Source: Paragordius varius (lineage: Eukaryota > Animalia > Nematomorpha). From it: a stretch of 64,000 nucleotides of DNA. Below are positions 11,188-25,260 of the stretch, in pieces. A program made the translations under genes and the position numbers. The stretch spans positions 1,736,001 through 1,800,000 of the forward strand of contig OZ176060.1 in assembly GCA_964247055.1 (NCBI GenBank). The letters run 5' to 3'. The stretch's first letter is position 1. Every line of letters begins with the position of its first letter. The notes under the pieces are model-generated. The model had not been told where the DNA came from. It searched no databases and was given only the letters and a program-made list of their open reading frames with translations.

Positions 11188-13180
11188 ATGTTTAACATGG
11201 TGTGTCTGTCTAGAGTGCAGAGTTAAATGTTTGTCAAATCGAATTTGTCAACGTCAAATAATTCTCTCGCAGTAATGAAAAAAACAAGACTCTTCTTTTT
11301 TTCTTTTAGTCAGTTTTCAGTTTCATGTTGAGAACATTATTTTACCGTTTTAACAAATATATAACATTGATATTTTGTACATATGCTTAATAAAATGCAC
11401 AAAACGAAAATTTGCAATATGAACTTAGTTTTAGTTCAACTCTAGAAACGTAAACATTAATGTTTAATTTTATAACAAATAAAATTATGGTTAGAAATCA
11501 AATTATCCAAAATCAAATTTTACTTTTGAACCATTTTCTTTTGTTCCCAGCAGGTTTTAATTAATAACCAAAATTTTTAAAGTACATTAAGAAAATCTAT
11601 CAAAAAATTTTATCCTTATTTGACTTTATTTTGGATATCTGAATTAAATTTATTATCCAATTTATTATATGTAAAAATTTTAGGAGTTTTATTTAATTTT
11701 TATATTAATTTTAATATAAATATGTAAACATTTTAAGCGTTTTACAGTTTGGTTGGAGGCAAAATAAGGCCATACATATATTTTTATTTTTGGTATTTGG
11801 CATTTACTAAAGCGCTTTAATCCCCATTTTTTCCAATTGTAACAGCCTGTCCTCAATTCTGCTAATATATTAATTTTGAGATATATTGATGTATTGGAGA
11901 GGTCAATTTTTTGCAAGATTTTAAATAGTACCGTTTTTCACATATATCCATTTTGGATTAAATGAAAAGTTTGTTAAATTTGAATTGGTGTCTCTGCATT
12001 ATTGTCTACCCATTAAATACTTTTGCCTTTTAAGTGTATTAAAAGAACGCCATCTTTTGAGCTGAAATTTTATAGAAACCCTAACTCTATAAATTTAGGC
12101 TTTTTATATATTGAAAATATATCTTAAAATAATAATAAACCATAATGACTCAAATTTTATTATTATTTTTTGAATTATCCTTAATTTTCACTTTTTGCCC
12201 GATTTCAATTTTTTATTAATATTTCAAAAACTAGGTTGTAGGCAAATAAATTTTGCAGCAAATGAATACGCTCGTCATAAGTACCTCATGAAAAAAAATT
12301 TTTTGTTTTTTTGCATACAGTATATATATATATATATATTATGATATAAAAAATAATCAGGAATTTCATGATGCCTTAGGTTGGGTTGGCTTTACAATTA
12401 TTTTATAAAAGATATTTTGTGGAAAGTGCTCCATATCAGAAAATGGCAAAATTTGAGCACATTTTTTAAAAAATATTAGATGAAGCTAAATGTTTAATTT
12501 CAATAAATATCACTACTATAATTTGTCATAAACTACTTAAATAAAAAACAAAACAATATTTTAGTAAAATTATAATTTTTGGAGGGGCTTCGAAGTTGCT
12601 TTTCTAAAACGTGGTTTTACGCAAAAATCCCCGGCGCGATTTAATTTCTAAATATATGCTATCAAAAAAAATCTTTATTAAAAAATGCATACTTTTTACA
12701 GAAATAAATTTTTAGCAAAATTTATTGAAGCGTACTTGCTTGTTTAGGCATGATGAAAACGATTATAAATGCTATAAAAACACTTTTTCCATATATAATG
12801 ATGTTGAACATTTCTATCACCTAAGAATTTTATTTTAAAAATTATTTGTATAAGTGTTTTTATATAAAAATCACCAAAATTTGAAAGTAAACCCTTAGAT
12901 TAAAATTCTGAAGCGATAGAAATAAACATTAAAATATATAGAAATGTGTTTTACATTAAAAAGCGTGTTTATAACGTTTCCATCATGTCTAGGTTGATTT
13001 AATTGGACATATGTGTTTGGTTGAATTTAAAAGCTATAAATTAATGTACAATAATGGATGCTAAAATTTATTTAAAATTCCAATTATCAGTAAATCACAT
13101 GATTTAAAATAATTATTAATCACGAGGAGTGAGCCCTATAGTGTGTCATTAAAATAAAGATTTCGGCTTTTTAATTTTAT

Positions 13181-16100
13181 TTAATCGATAGTGCATGTTT
13201 TATGGGATATCTGAAGAGGTCTGCATGAAAATTTGCGTTTCGTCGATTCCATAGATCCAAGCGCCAAAAATAAATTTTTTATCGCAACTTGATTCATGTA
13301 TGGATTCTCACAAAATTCCTTTAATATGTTTTATAAGAAGTAATATAGGAATGTAATTGAGGATATCAATAAAACACATACTTCCAGCATATATTCCAAT
13401 TGCAATTCGGTCATATTACTTGTTTGACTACTATTGGAGGAAGTAGCTATCTATTTTTTACAAAATTAATATGAATTAAAAATACATGATGAGAAGCCGT
13501 TTTTATATATATTTAAAATATATTGTTTTTTTGGTAATATCTCCGAAACATACCGTCGCTAATTCTATGGCATTTCGTAAACGAACGATTTGCCGAAAGG
13601 TATCATTGCATATTTTTTCTATAATATGTATATCATATATAACAGGGTTGGCTTGGCTCACATAAAAGTTGAGCATTTTGTAATACACTAGCATATGTCA
13701 TAAATTAAATTTTGTTCCTGAAGGTAATATAAGATAAAAAAGTAGTTTTAACATTTTTTTGTTTTTTTCATACACTACTGTGTTGCAAATTGATCAACTA
13801 TAATGATAATAAACCAACGTAAATGTGAACACTGAGTATATCAGCCATATAATAAATTTGTAGTAATCACCGAAGGTAAGAGTTTATATCCAAACATGAA
13901 ATTGTTTCTATATTTAAAAATATTCATTAAATTATATGAGAAAAATTAATTTTAGCATAATCATACACAAAAGATTCTCCAGGCTTGGAATTCACAATTG
14001 GCACCAAACTATTAATAAAAACGATACATACAAATTAAATGGGGAGCATATCTCATTTTGTTTTATAATAATTTCAAAAGAATATAAATTCAATAAAAAC
14101 ATCACCTACCACGATGGTGCAATGTTACGATATTGTGTGTTTCGTGCATTAAAGAAATCATACATGTTGGATAAATAGGATTCGGCTGTCGGGATTGGAT
14201 TAATCTAATGTATATAATTTATATATTGCCCTACCATACCCTCTACTAAAATATCACTGTGCGAGAATTATCTTAATAAAACTCATATATACTTTAGTTT
14301 AATTCAATTTGGATAATTTAAACAAATTATAAATATTTTACTATAAGAATTTTTAAATAATGTATAAGTCAAAAATTAAAAAACATTTATTAAAAATATA
14401 ACACGTGCATTATAAGAGTGTCCTTTACTTCAAATTAATCCTTGAACTTAATGGTGATCCTTGATCACTTCAAGTTGGTGCTTTAACATTTTAAGGAACA
14501 TTTCAAATTTATCTTTCAACATTTTATATAGTTTTATAATCGATTAAAATATGTATCATTCATTTATTCTTGCATTTTAACCTATTCTCCTTATTTTAAC
14601 TAAGATTTTAAACCAAACCTTTTATATTTTCGTACCGTATATGTTTATTAACTCTTAAAACATTTCAATATTACCATGATTTTAACGTGTCACAAAGCAA
14701 TCTTATAATATATTTACAATTATATGGTAATTAAAACATTCAAAGCTAAATTGTTGAATTGAAAAAATATTACGACTAAACAAAAAAAAGTAAATGAAAA
14801 AAAACTTTAATTTACAAACAAAAATGCTTATGAGTCAAGATATTAGGATAAAAAATAAAAAGGGGGATAAATATATGCAAATATCGTTATACGTACATAA
14901 ATAAAAGTAAAGGATCAACTTAAAGTGTTAAAGGACAACATTTTTGAAGTTTAAATTATATCCTTTTCCAAAAATAAACACTATCATGTGGTAGACTATT
15001 ATTTTTCATGAGGCTTAAATTTTTTTATTTAATTTAACGGTTTATATATTAAAAGTGTGCATTTTGCAATCAAGCCTAAGAGTATGCCATAAACTATAAC
15101 TAATAATTTGTATTGTGTTGAGTTTTATTTTGACACAATATACAGTTGCTAGAATTCCCATTATTTTTTTTGAAACGGAAAATATGGTAAATAATAACAT
15201 TGGAGTAATACGTTGAAATAAAGATTTAAAACACATGATTAAGGAATTATATTTCAGTTATATAATTATGAAAATAAAATAAGTACCAATTCAAGCGAAT
15301 TATGTGGCTGAAGGAACAAGTTTGATACAATTCTCCTAATGCATCTCTGCAAAAATAGTTATCAAAAAAAATTACTGAATCATTTTTGTAATATCGTTGG
15401 TAGAAATCGGTTATGTTCACATACTTATTCACCATATTTTGCAACTGTAATATAAATCAATACACACAATAAAATAACTATACCTTTTACACCAATTCAC
15501 CCTTGAACAATTCAAATTCACACTAAAAAACACTAAGTTTTTATATGATTACAAATTACCTTAAAAAATAAATTTTTCTTAAAATTAAAATAAAACAGAA
15601 AAAATTAACTATGCCATAAAGATATAATTTATCCTATTTATGATGAATTATATATTGGTGAATTTGAACTGTTCTGAATGTTCGAAGGTGATTTTTAATT
15701 GTATATGGTATATTTAAAATCTATATTCGCTTTACACCTAAGACAAAGGTATATTGTTTTACTTTGGAAAGGGAAACTTCTTGTTGACTATGGTAAATTG
15801 AGTATTTTGTTAAATCCCATGGCTCCAAATTAATCATATTTACACACCTGGCTGCCAGATTGTCGGAATTAAAATATTGTTGGGCTTGGTTTAACTTGGC
15901 CTGATGAGCTCGATAATCTGATACAGTGTAAGGTGCCAACATATTTGCCACATATAGTAGGAGAAAGTCTTAATAATCTAACATTAAATCAAAAAATATA
16001 TTGAGCATTCACGGGTAATTACTGAATTAAGAATGATTGTAAAATAGTTTTTTCCTAGAATCGACATTTGTTAAAAATTATTGATGCTTGATAGGTTTTA

Positions 16101-19011
16101 TATTCTACTTACGTTTTGTTTTCCTTAAACAAAGTTCCGACAAATGAACCATACATTTTAGTAAATTCAGGTCGAAAATCATAGAAATATATCTTATCTT
16201 GGCACTGAATCCCATGTTTATTCCAGCGTTTTCTCATAACGGCAAACGCTAATTTCTAACAATGATAAAAATAAAAAATATTGATATCTTTACTTTATAT
16301 ATCCCATTGGAATCTCTAATATTCTTCAATTCCTAAAATAATTTTACATGAATGTCATTACTTCCCAATCAAGATTATCAATGTTTTTGCATTCCAAGGT
16401 TTTAGTTGTTGTCCGTTGGGTTATCTGGAACGACATTTATATTTAAAATAAATAACATCGACATTCATAAATAATAATTATTGGTTAACTTATTACCTTA
16501 ATCCATATAAATATAAATTACGTTAAAATTGAAAACTTAAGAAGGGCTTCAAACCTTAACAGAATCCAGAGATTCTAAAAATTTAACAGAAACCGATTCT
16601 GGGAGTTGGAATATATCCAATTTCGATTCCACCATTTACTAAGCATACCGGTTTCATAATTTTTTTATTTTATTTTTTTTGATTTTCCCTGAAAAGGGTA
16701 GGACAACCATAATTTAATGTTGTATAAAACTTTATATTATAGATCATATGATAACTTTTGATATTCTATTGCAAGATATAATTACCTTAATTAGTTATAT
16801 TAAATAATATGAAACATAGTTGGGATATTTATTTATTAGCATACTATCGTAATTAGAAGTCATAGTTTCAAGCAACAATAGATGGCTTTAGGAAACGAAA
16901 TTTTATATACTAATTGCGATGGCAGGCTAAGAAAATAATTCTCAAACTATGTTTCATATTTGACATTAAAAAATGTCCGTCATCGCGGTATTATGTAAAA
17001 TACAAAAATGTAAAAGGTGTTTTCTATTTATGCCACGTTTGATTGTTCTTTTAATTTAAATTTAACCAATTTATTCAAAAAAGATAATTTAAACCCAATT
17101 TAATATTCAAAGAAAGGTTATAATTTTTTAATTTCTAGATATATAAAACCTTGAATTTAATGTAAACTTCGGTTACCCTAAGCTCTAATATTGGATTCTA
17201 ATGGCCTAGGAAAAATACGATAAATCTCACAAAAAGATTTTGAAATATTTACATAGCCCTAAAAACAGCTAGAGCGTTAATAATCAAACGGAAAAAATGA
17301 ATTACTTTATATATCATTAATATACTATTTTTCAGCCAATAGCAACACTTTTTCAACCAAACGCAACAATTTTCAAAAACAACATTTTTAAGACAACACA
17401 ACACTTTTCAGTTGTGTACGCTTGAAAAAATATTGTCTTTGCTTAAAAAAATTGTCGTCTGTGCCTGAATAAATGTTATATTTTTGAAAAAAATGTTGTG
17501 TTTCGATGAAAAAAATGGCTTTTGACTAAAAATTGCTATTACATAGAGGGCGCAAAAGGCATTAAAACTGATTTTTTGGGCATAGGAATTTGCAAAATTA
17601 ATAATATATAATGTGAGTATATAATATATATTATCGGTTAATGTACTCCAAGAATCTATCTATTTATATAATGTCATACTTAAGTTAACAATTTATAATG
17701 GTTAAAAAATATAACCCGTAAGTATTAAAGTGGTTTGAGAATTAATATTGGTGTCTACCATATACATTATTTATCAACAAGGTACGTATTCATCATATTT
17801 ACTGTATTCACACATTATAATTAAATCTTACATATTTAAATTTATATTCCTTTAAGTCGTTGTATGTTAAATTATATGTATTAAATTCACAACCGTAAAA
17901 TTAAAAAATACTCTGCCAACGGTAATGATAGGTAAGAGCCAAAGTAAAAATTGTTACAAAAATCGCCGGTTCTAGTAGTTCAGATAATTAGAAATTACTC
18001 CAAACACGGTTATCCTTTTTTTCAACCTAACACGAATCTTTGATGAAAAACTTTTTATAATAATTTTAAAATAATTTTCCAATTTCATCTGACTGATTAC
18101 CTGAACCTTTTTAGTGGGATAATAAATGTAAAAAATACGAGTAAAAAAAAAGCGCAGTTTTAAATTTTAAGTAAATTTGCTTTGCTATTCCACAAAAATA
18201 TAAATGTTAAAAATGGTATATAGGTAAAATACCACGTGTTATAAAATATTAACCTTAGCAGTGATAATGTTAATTAGATTATTAAATGTATCATTCAATG
18301 CATTCCAGTTTTGTTCAATGCCCCCCATTGATAGATATAAAGACCTCATCATCTTAATATCTTCCTCAACCATCTTTTGATCCGCTATTACAAGTAAATC
18401 TTTCATGACCACCCTTTTAACAATCAGTTTAGGCATTTTTTCGCTTGAATGATAATTAACCGTATAATCAAAGGTTATTGGGGCTAAATCAAAATTATCA
18501 CTCAAGATTTCTAAAATCGCCTTATTGATTTGAGTATCATCTATCGATGTGTTTGTATAAGTGATTTGACTAAAGCTGCCATACTTATTGAGCAATCTTT
18601 TTATTTTATCGATGGCCAATGTATTATTATTACTTTCGGGACTTTTATGGTAAGCCAGACAAGAATCATAAATTGCTTTCATATTGGAGAGGTATCGATT
18701 GTTAGATATTGGTTTTTGATTATCTTAAAGAGCATATAAAAATATATATATTATCAAAAATTAAAAGCTATTAGTGACCTACCCAATTTTTTAATATAGG
18801 TTCTGTAAGTAATTGGTAATTGGCCGTGTTCCTTTTTACGAAAGTTTTGACAATAATTTTCAATTGCATGACCACAATCTATAACTATAGCATAAAATAA
18901 AAAATCAATTTTTTTACCTTTAAGATCCGTCAAATTTAAGGATAAGAAAGCTGGTACGAAATATATAATCAAGGTATAAGTTACAATTACCACTAACGAA
19001 AACGGGTTCAT
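13181..19011 (-). CDS. Neprilysin/peptidase M13-like protein, highly divergent, probably non-catalytic (multi-exon, partial model)
   Basis: Hydrophobic N-terminus MNPFSLVVIVTYTLIIYFVPAFLSL. Exons 19011-18783 and 18723-18254 join in frame (NMKAIYDSCL..IKRLLNKYGSF resembles the M13-N K..Y.SCM..LL..LGGW segment). Later exons: 16255-16113, ~15950-15764 (LAARCVNMIN), ~15444-15287, 14204-14110 (SYLSNMYDFF..SW), ~14008-13870 (VNS..NNFMFGYKLLPS), ~13690-13554, 13450-13382 (QLEYM) and 13318-13181 (LGSMESTKRKFSC..KTCTID, resembling the M13 C-terminal LSN..F...F.C...C.VW). Several internal junction phases are unresolved. Confidence 0.65.
14400..14960. mobile_element. MITE-like element with subterminal arrays of AAGGACCAACTT.AAGTG
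   Basis: Left end has CACTTCAAGTTGGT.CTT repeats, right end the inverse. Sister copy at ~29345-29830; partial copies at ~9860-9970 and ~19680-19790. Ends approximate. Confidence 0.55.
17338..17540. repeat. Foldback-like palindrome built from short repeated units
   Basis: Perfect terminal inverted 8-mer AATAGCAA/TTGCTATT. Left arm has repeated CAACA.TTTT.CA units, right arm repeated TGAAAAAATGTTG-like units. Confidence 0.6.
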
Positions 19012-21349
19012 ATTAACAATTAAAAGCAAAATGTTAAAAAAATAAATGAAAATGATATTGAAGTTCAAAAACAAGAGTCTTATAGACGATTCAATGTTTA
19101 CAAGACGAAAAATACGTAAACAGTTTTATTTCTACTTACAAAAAACGATCAAATATACTATATTAAAAAACTGATTGTTATACCAGGTAACATTACGCTT
19201 TAGTGTATGTTAGAAACAATTTACAACATTGAGATGAAGTGCTAGGGTAAGCGAAAAAAACATTTTCAATTAAATTCTTTATTAACGCTGGATAAAAGTA
19301 TATATACTATTTACGTAATAAAAATATCAATAATATTATCAAAAACATACTGTTTCCCAGAATAAATAATTACGTTCAGTCTAAATTGGATATTATTGAA
19401 AGATAGTAAGGCACATGCCAAATAAATATTCTTTTTTATAATTAATTGTAGTCAATCTGTATTTTATTGTTTTATAAGTTATTTAATTGCCGCAATCGGC
19501 GCTTGGATCTAAATAGTAACTTTGCTGTTGGTACAGAAAAAAAATTTGGTGCGTTTTAACTTAAAATTTTTTTAATTACACAATTATGGTATCGATTAAT
19601 TGATAATTAGGTATGTAAAATTAAATTATTTATCGATGATCAAAACTGTCTTAAATCAACTCAGTATTATATCATATATCATTTGCACTTAAAGTTGTCT
19701 GGAACATTTGAAGAATGTGCTTAATCATTTCAAGTTTGTTTTGTTGGTTTTTTTAAACTTCAAAGTTGGTCTCGGAGCATTTTAAATTGTATTTATTTTT
19801 ATTTTGACTATATTATCATTTAGCTTATTATTGCTAAGGTTTGTCATAAAAAATACTTTTTACATCCATCAAGAATATTCTGTATCATAAAAAGTATTAA
19901 TAAAAAGGTAAATACAAATACTCTAATCTGTATTAGGTTATTAAAAAAATTTTCATTATGCAGGCTTTTTCAAATTTTTTTATGGCGCATATAACCTTTT
20001 CTAAAGTTTATTTCATTTATAGATGCACCAAGTAGAATTTATTTATAAATGATTACACCGGTTTCACTCACTCGTTGGCTTTGAAGAATAGAGGAATGTT
20101 AAGGCTCTGAGCTAATAAAAACCATTTATTAAACCCCATTCTAGATAGTTCGGCAATTTTATAACAGTTGTACAACAATTTGATATTAAATTATTGAATA
20201 AAATTATGAGAATATTCGTAAAATACACTAAGATAGATGGACGGACATATGAAAACAAGGGAATGGACAGAGACAAAATCATTGGATTTATGTGTAAACT
20301 TTAGTTTTGATTAGCCCAAATTATTTTATTCTATAGCTTGGAAGATATTCCGACTACGAGTCAGCCGCGTGACCGGTCACAACTAGTAATAGTTAAACTA
20401 ACCATGAATCGTTAAAATTAAATTTTTATGTTTATGAATTCATATTTATTCATATAAAACACATATTTCTAATTTAGATACAAAACTGTTAAGGTAAGAA
20501 ATATTATCAGTCAGATCAATTATAAATGCAAACTTACAATTATTTATAAATTAGCCACAATATGGCTCGCCATTAATTCATGGAGTGATATTCTCCTCTG
20601 AATATTGAATAAAAAATTTGAATTTCTTTATAAAACTTTGATATTGGGTTATATCAGGTTAATTTGTAAGGTAAGGCTTTCCTAGTTTTTTAAACTTAAT
20701 CTACATTGAGAGGTTGTCTAACATACAACGATAATTAAAATATATATTTAAGTTTTATTTTTGATATCAAATAAAAAATTTTTTGTAAGGATAAACTAAT
20801 ACTGGATAGGTTTTTAGAATAAGTGCATGATTTTAATATTAAATTTTATCTAAGGGGTAGAATATATACCATAAATCTGTTAAAAAGATATAATTAATTT
20901 TTTTTTGTTACCACTTCCATATTTATCTGGTAAAATAAGGAAAATTTAAGGAATTTCAATAGTAAAACCGGGTCCCGACCTGGTAAATCATAAAATAATT
21001 TTTATTGATCGGCATAGTAGATAAGGTATATTGTTGTGAACGTGGGATGTATCCTATATTGACACACGAAAACACCAAGCTTATCTCAAAATTTAAAAAA
21101 TGATTCTGCTAAACACGCTTTTAACTATGGCCAGTAAATATTTTAATGACATAGATGCTTAAACCATCCCAAGGATACAAATATTAGTACTTCAATTGAA
21201 ATTTTTAAATATAGTAAAAACAATTAAAACACATTTAAACCCCCGAAAAAGCGTGTTTTGAAATTTACATGTGAATTAAGTAGACAAACATACACATAAT
21301 ATGTTTGAGTTTTGAAACTAGTACATCTATAACAGTTAGTTCAGATATG

Positions 21350-21770
21350 ATATCTTACCCAGAGTTATATTTTTAAAAACATTGAAACGGTTCCAATTTA
21401 AATATATGCTTCATCCTAATAATAAATAAGTCAAAATACTAAAATAAAATTTAGTTTTGAAAAATTTATATCTAACTAATTGACGCCATTTTTTACATTG
21501 CAAAATATCGTGTTCTGATTCTCGCTAAAAAAGCTAATTTAAGTATCCAACCCGAAGCGGAACATGTGGTATATTTTGCAATGTTATTTAGCTTATACAC
21601 ATTTCAAGTTCACAAGATTTTTGTGAGGATCTTTTTTAATGTTTTGGTGCATCCTTGTTATATACGTGCAAACTTTTGAAATGGTTTCAATTTGTTTCAT
21701 GTTTTATAAATATTGGATTTCAAACAGGCCTGGGGTTTCTTAAGAGCCCAGTTTGTGTGGATTGAAATTA
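21350..21770. mobile_element. Diverged partial copy of the TTAA MITE family
   Basis: GAAACGGTTCCAATTTAAATATATGCTTC.TCCTAAT, GACGCCATT and ACAGGCCTGGGGT match copies 1 and 3. Confidence 0.55.
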
Positions 21771-22272
21771 GTGTGTCTTATCCTAATAATATTTTACTTC
21801 GCTTTTAAATTATATTTAAATAGATGAAAATTATTAATTATCCCAAAGATATAGCCCTTTTTGATTAAAATATATATACGTAATGAAACGTTTGTATATT
21901 ATACTGCAAATATTTCATTAGTTAATCTATCAATAAAAGTTATAAAATGATTGTTTCTAGTATTAATTAAAAATATCATTCTGCTCTTATATATATTATG
22001 TTTGTTTTAATTTTATATAAAACATGAGTAATATAGTTTTTTCGCAATACCTTGTTTTAACATTTCATCATCAATGAAAATACGTATATATTACACTACT
22101 AAACTAAAAGAAAAGATTTCATTTAAATTTAGATAAAATCGCAAGATAGCGTCTGACTTAAACTTTTAAAGGCTAATTAATATCAAATATGCCTTACTGC
22201 ATGTTGTCTTGAGATTTTATACTAGCGAGCCTATACTAATTTAGAATTTAAATAGCTATAACGTTTGTTAGG

Positions 22273-23280
22273 TGATAGATTTGAATACATCAGTGAGCTA
22301 ACCTTAGACTAGACATATTTATATATTTTAGGATACATTTTTGTAGACCATCTAGTATTTGAATTAAACTATTGTATCACTTTTGTATTTAACACGCACA
22401 CGTGATTTTACCCTTTAAACATGTTATTATATACATAAAAATTATATAAACATCGCAAATTTTTTATAGTTTGCTAATTTATCTCAATAAATCTTATTGT
22501 TTAATTAAGTCATCACATTTGGCCAGTTTTTTTATCTCATTACATTCGTGCATGGAGGAATTAAGTCTCGAAGCATATGATCCCGCAACTAGTTTACATG
22601 ACGATTATATAAATAGAATCTTAAAAGTCAAAGTAATTCAAGGAGATGATAAAACAAAAAATATTGGTCTAAATCTGCCAATACCATTTTCCAAAGTTGA
22701 AGAGATTTATCCCGTACTCTTAGAAGTGGGGTGGGAGGATTTGGTAGAAGCTATAAATATTTGCAACTCCGCATGAAGCCAAGGAATCAGTGAGGGATTA
22801 TTTGGCAAGATGCAATACTAAGAATCAAAGATGGGTTTGTTGGAGCGTTACAACTCAAGAGGTTGAAAATAAATCTGTTCATGAAATTTCCAGATGCAAT
22901 GTTGGATGGAAAACCTGTTACGTGGGACATGGTGATAGGAATAACAATGGCGTACAAAAAGGCGGATAGTTGTTTGATTGAACAGAGTCCTGACAATAGG
23001 CAGGTGAAAAAGAAGTGTGGAAAATGTGGGTACGTGCATCCGATCAACAGGTGTCTCGCTTCAAACAAAGAGTGTTACCGATGCAAAGAACAAGGTCATT
23101 TGGGCAGGTGTTGCCGACGAGTTAACATAGTGAATGGTAATGAAGCCCGAACGCAAGCAAGTTTGAATGTCCATTAGGTGATGATGGTGTACGATACCGG
23201 ACAAATAGGATTAATTGGGAAGCACGTGGCTGAAGATTGGAAGGCCGATCTTGGTACCCGTAAGTCCAAACAACTTGATG
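22273..23280 (+). mobile_element. Truncated Ty3/Gypsy LTR element (5' LTR, gag, start of protease)
   Basis: LTR 22273-22517 (TG...CA) matches the LTR at 49056-49284 in reverse complement. ORF 22863-23177 has zinc knuckles (CGKCGYVHPINRC; CYRCKEQGHLGRCC); VYDTG protease remnant near 23190. Confidence 0.85.
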
Positions 23281-23389
23281 AAACTGTTGATTTAATTAAT
23301 AGCTCTGCAAATTGCCCGGCATTCTTAATTTGAGCGATCTCATCCTTAAGTATTTCGAAACACTATTTTTATTGGAAAATATTCACTGA

Positions 23390-24510
23390 AATAGTTTACC
23401 AGGCCTTCTTTTTGTAATTCCCGACCCCATTTATGATTTAACGATCCCAACAAATATAAAAGAAAATAATTTAATATTTTTTGATGATATATTTATTAGG
23501 TAACAATATACATATGCATATGAAAATATATAATTTAAAATTCGTTTTGAAACATATAAATTCTAAAATTAAATTTCCACAAAATGTTATAGAAATGTTA
23601 TTATTATAGTTTCAAAAACAAAAGTGGATTTTGACCGTCTTAATTCTCTTTAATATATACAAGTAGTTGGGTGAATATTAAATATCTTGGTATAAAGTTT
23701 GAAAGTGCTGGACGTAAGACCTTTTCAACATTTTTTATCGCTGAATATTGGGATTGTGTTAAGATGAGAAAGTAATTATATAAATATGTGATGTTGAATG
23801 GCAGAAGTGCACTTAACGCCATATCGGCGATTGTGGGAAATTCAGTTCTAGTTCTGTTTCAGAATTCAGTCAAGGGCTTTTTTGGAATTGTATTTTTAAT
23901 TTTGAGTCACACGAAAGCCTAGTAAATTTCTCTTGAGCTTTAAGAGGCAGATGCTCTCACTTAAACCAATACAAAACGGTTTTGAAACCATTTATTGTAA
24001 ATCAATGTATAATATAAATTGTGTCCGGAACTGTATTTCTAGCGCTTTAAGTGATCTACAATAGTTTTTGCAATAATAGTTTTACAGTGTAGTTTCTTAA
24101 TTACAAAATAAAACATTTCAACTGTTTCAAATGCTGATCAATTTAATTTTATCGTTTAAAGTAAATATATCGCAATTTTTTCCTAGAAGAAGTTAAGATC
24201 GTTTAACTTCGCAAAAAAATCTTAAAAATAACACAGGGATAACCACATTATGATAAATTCACTTTTTCGTTCAGTTATTTTGATCATGTCTTAAATATCA
24301 ATAATCTTTTTAAACTTTGTCCTGTCGAAAACCATTATTAATAACAAAGTTGTGTAGTTGGAATCCATTTATTTTTATAAGCGACTGTTATGGACATGGC
24401 TCATAATAAATTACGACCTTAAGAGCATCCTGATTTTTATCACTCGTGACCCCATAATTTTGCTGCGCGATCCCAAATGGGGTCCCGACCTAGAGTTAAA
24501 AAAGCCATGG
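23390..24510 (-). mobile_element. hAT (Charlie/Buster-like) remnant
   Basis: Minus strand reads FPTIADMALSALLPFNITYL..VEKVLRPALSNFIPR, like a hAT C-terminal dimerisation domain; GGGGTCCCGACC..AAAGCCATGG terminal-type sequence at ~24478-24510. Ends approximate. Confidence 0.65.
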
Positions 24511-25260
24511 TTTGCATAATTAATTAGTTAATTTTAGCTGAATTAATTTCTACTTCACTCATTTAAGTTAACTTTGATGGAAGCAGAAAAAAATATCCGC
24601 TACTCTAAAAAAATGCCGAATTTGTTTTTTAACTAAAAAATTACAATGTCTAAAATTTTATTAAAAACATTCACTCGAAACTTATCATCTTAATTATTAA
24701 ATCTATGGTAATCGGCAAGTTCATCAATATGTCTGTGTTATATTATCACTAAAACAGGTTTAATGCCCCATTTTATTGCCATTTCCATGGCATCTTTTTT
24801 TGCGGTCATATAGTTTTTATATTTTAATAAGTTTGTATTAAAATTGAGTATTTTTTCTTTTAAATCTGTATCATTTAATTATGTTGTAAGACTTTATGGA
24901 CTTTATCTATGATAATAAATATGCAAAAAAATATAATTCAAATTTACTTATTTTTTTTAATTATAGAAGCTTCATCTCGCTCATATTTCTTAGAGAATTT
25001 TTTATTGGTTAAAACCTTAATAATATCATAACAACTATATTTTTTTGATATGACGTATACCTCAAACTTATTTCAGATTCCTGATGAAAAACATTTTTTA
25101 CAAAATTATTATTTCTCTTACTGTAATATGTTGACCAACATTAATGTGAGTTAGCCTCCATTAAATTGCATATTGTATAATCAAAATAAATAAATTGAAA
25201 TTACATGTTAGAGAATATTTGATGAATTTTTTACCTTTTCCTTTCCTTTTTTGTTTACTA

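Noticed and set aside
16530-16640. Extra M13 exon MVESKLDIFQLPESVSVKFLESLDSVK
   Set aside because: Looks plausible as protein, but the only nearby acceptor is followed immediately by an in-frame TAA, so it was left out of the model.
22787-23068. Minus-strand Cys/His-rich ORFs here and the plus-strand equivalents at 48209-48714
   Set aside because: Antisense readings of the Gypsy gag region.
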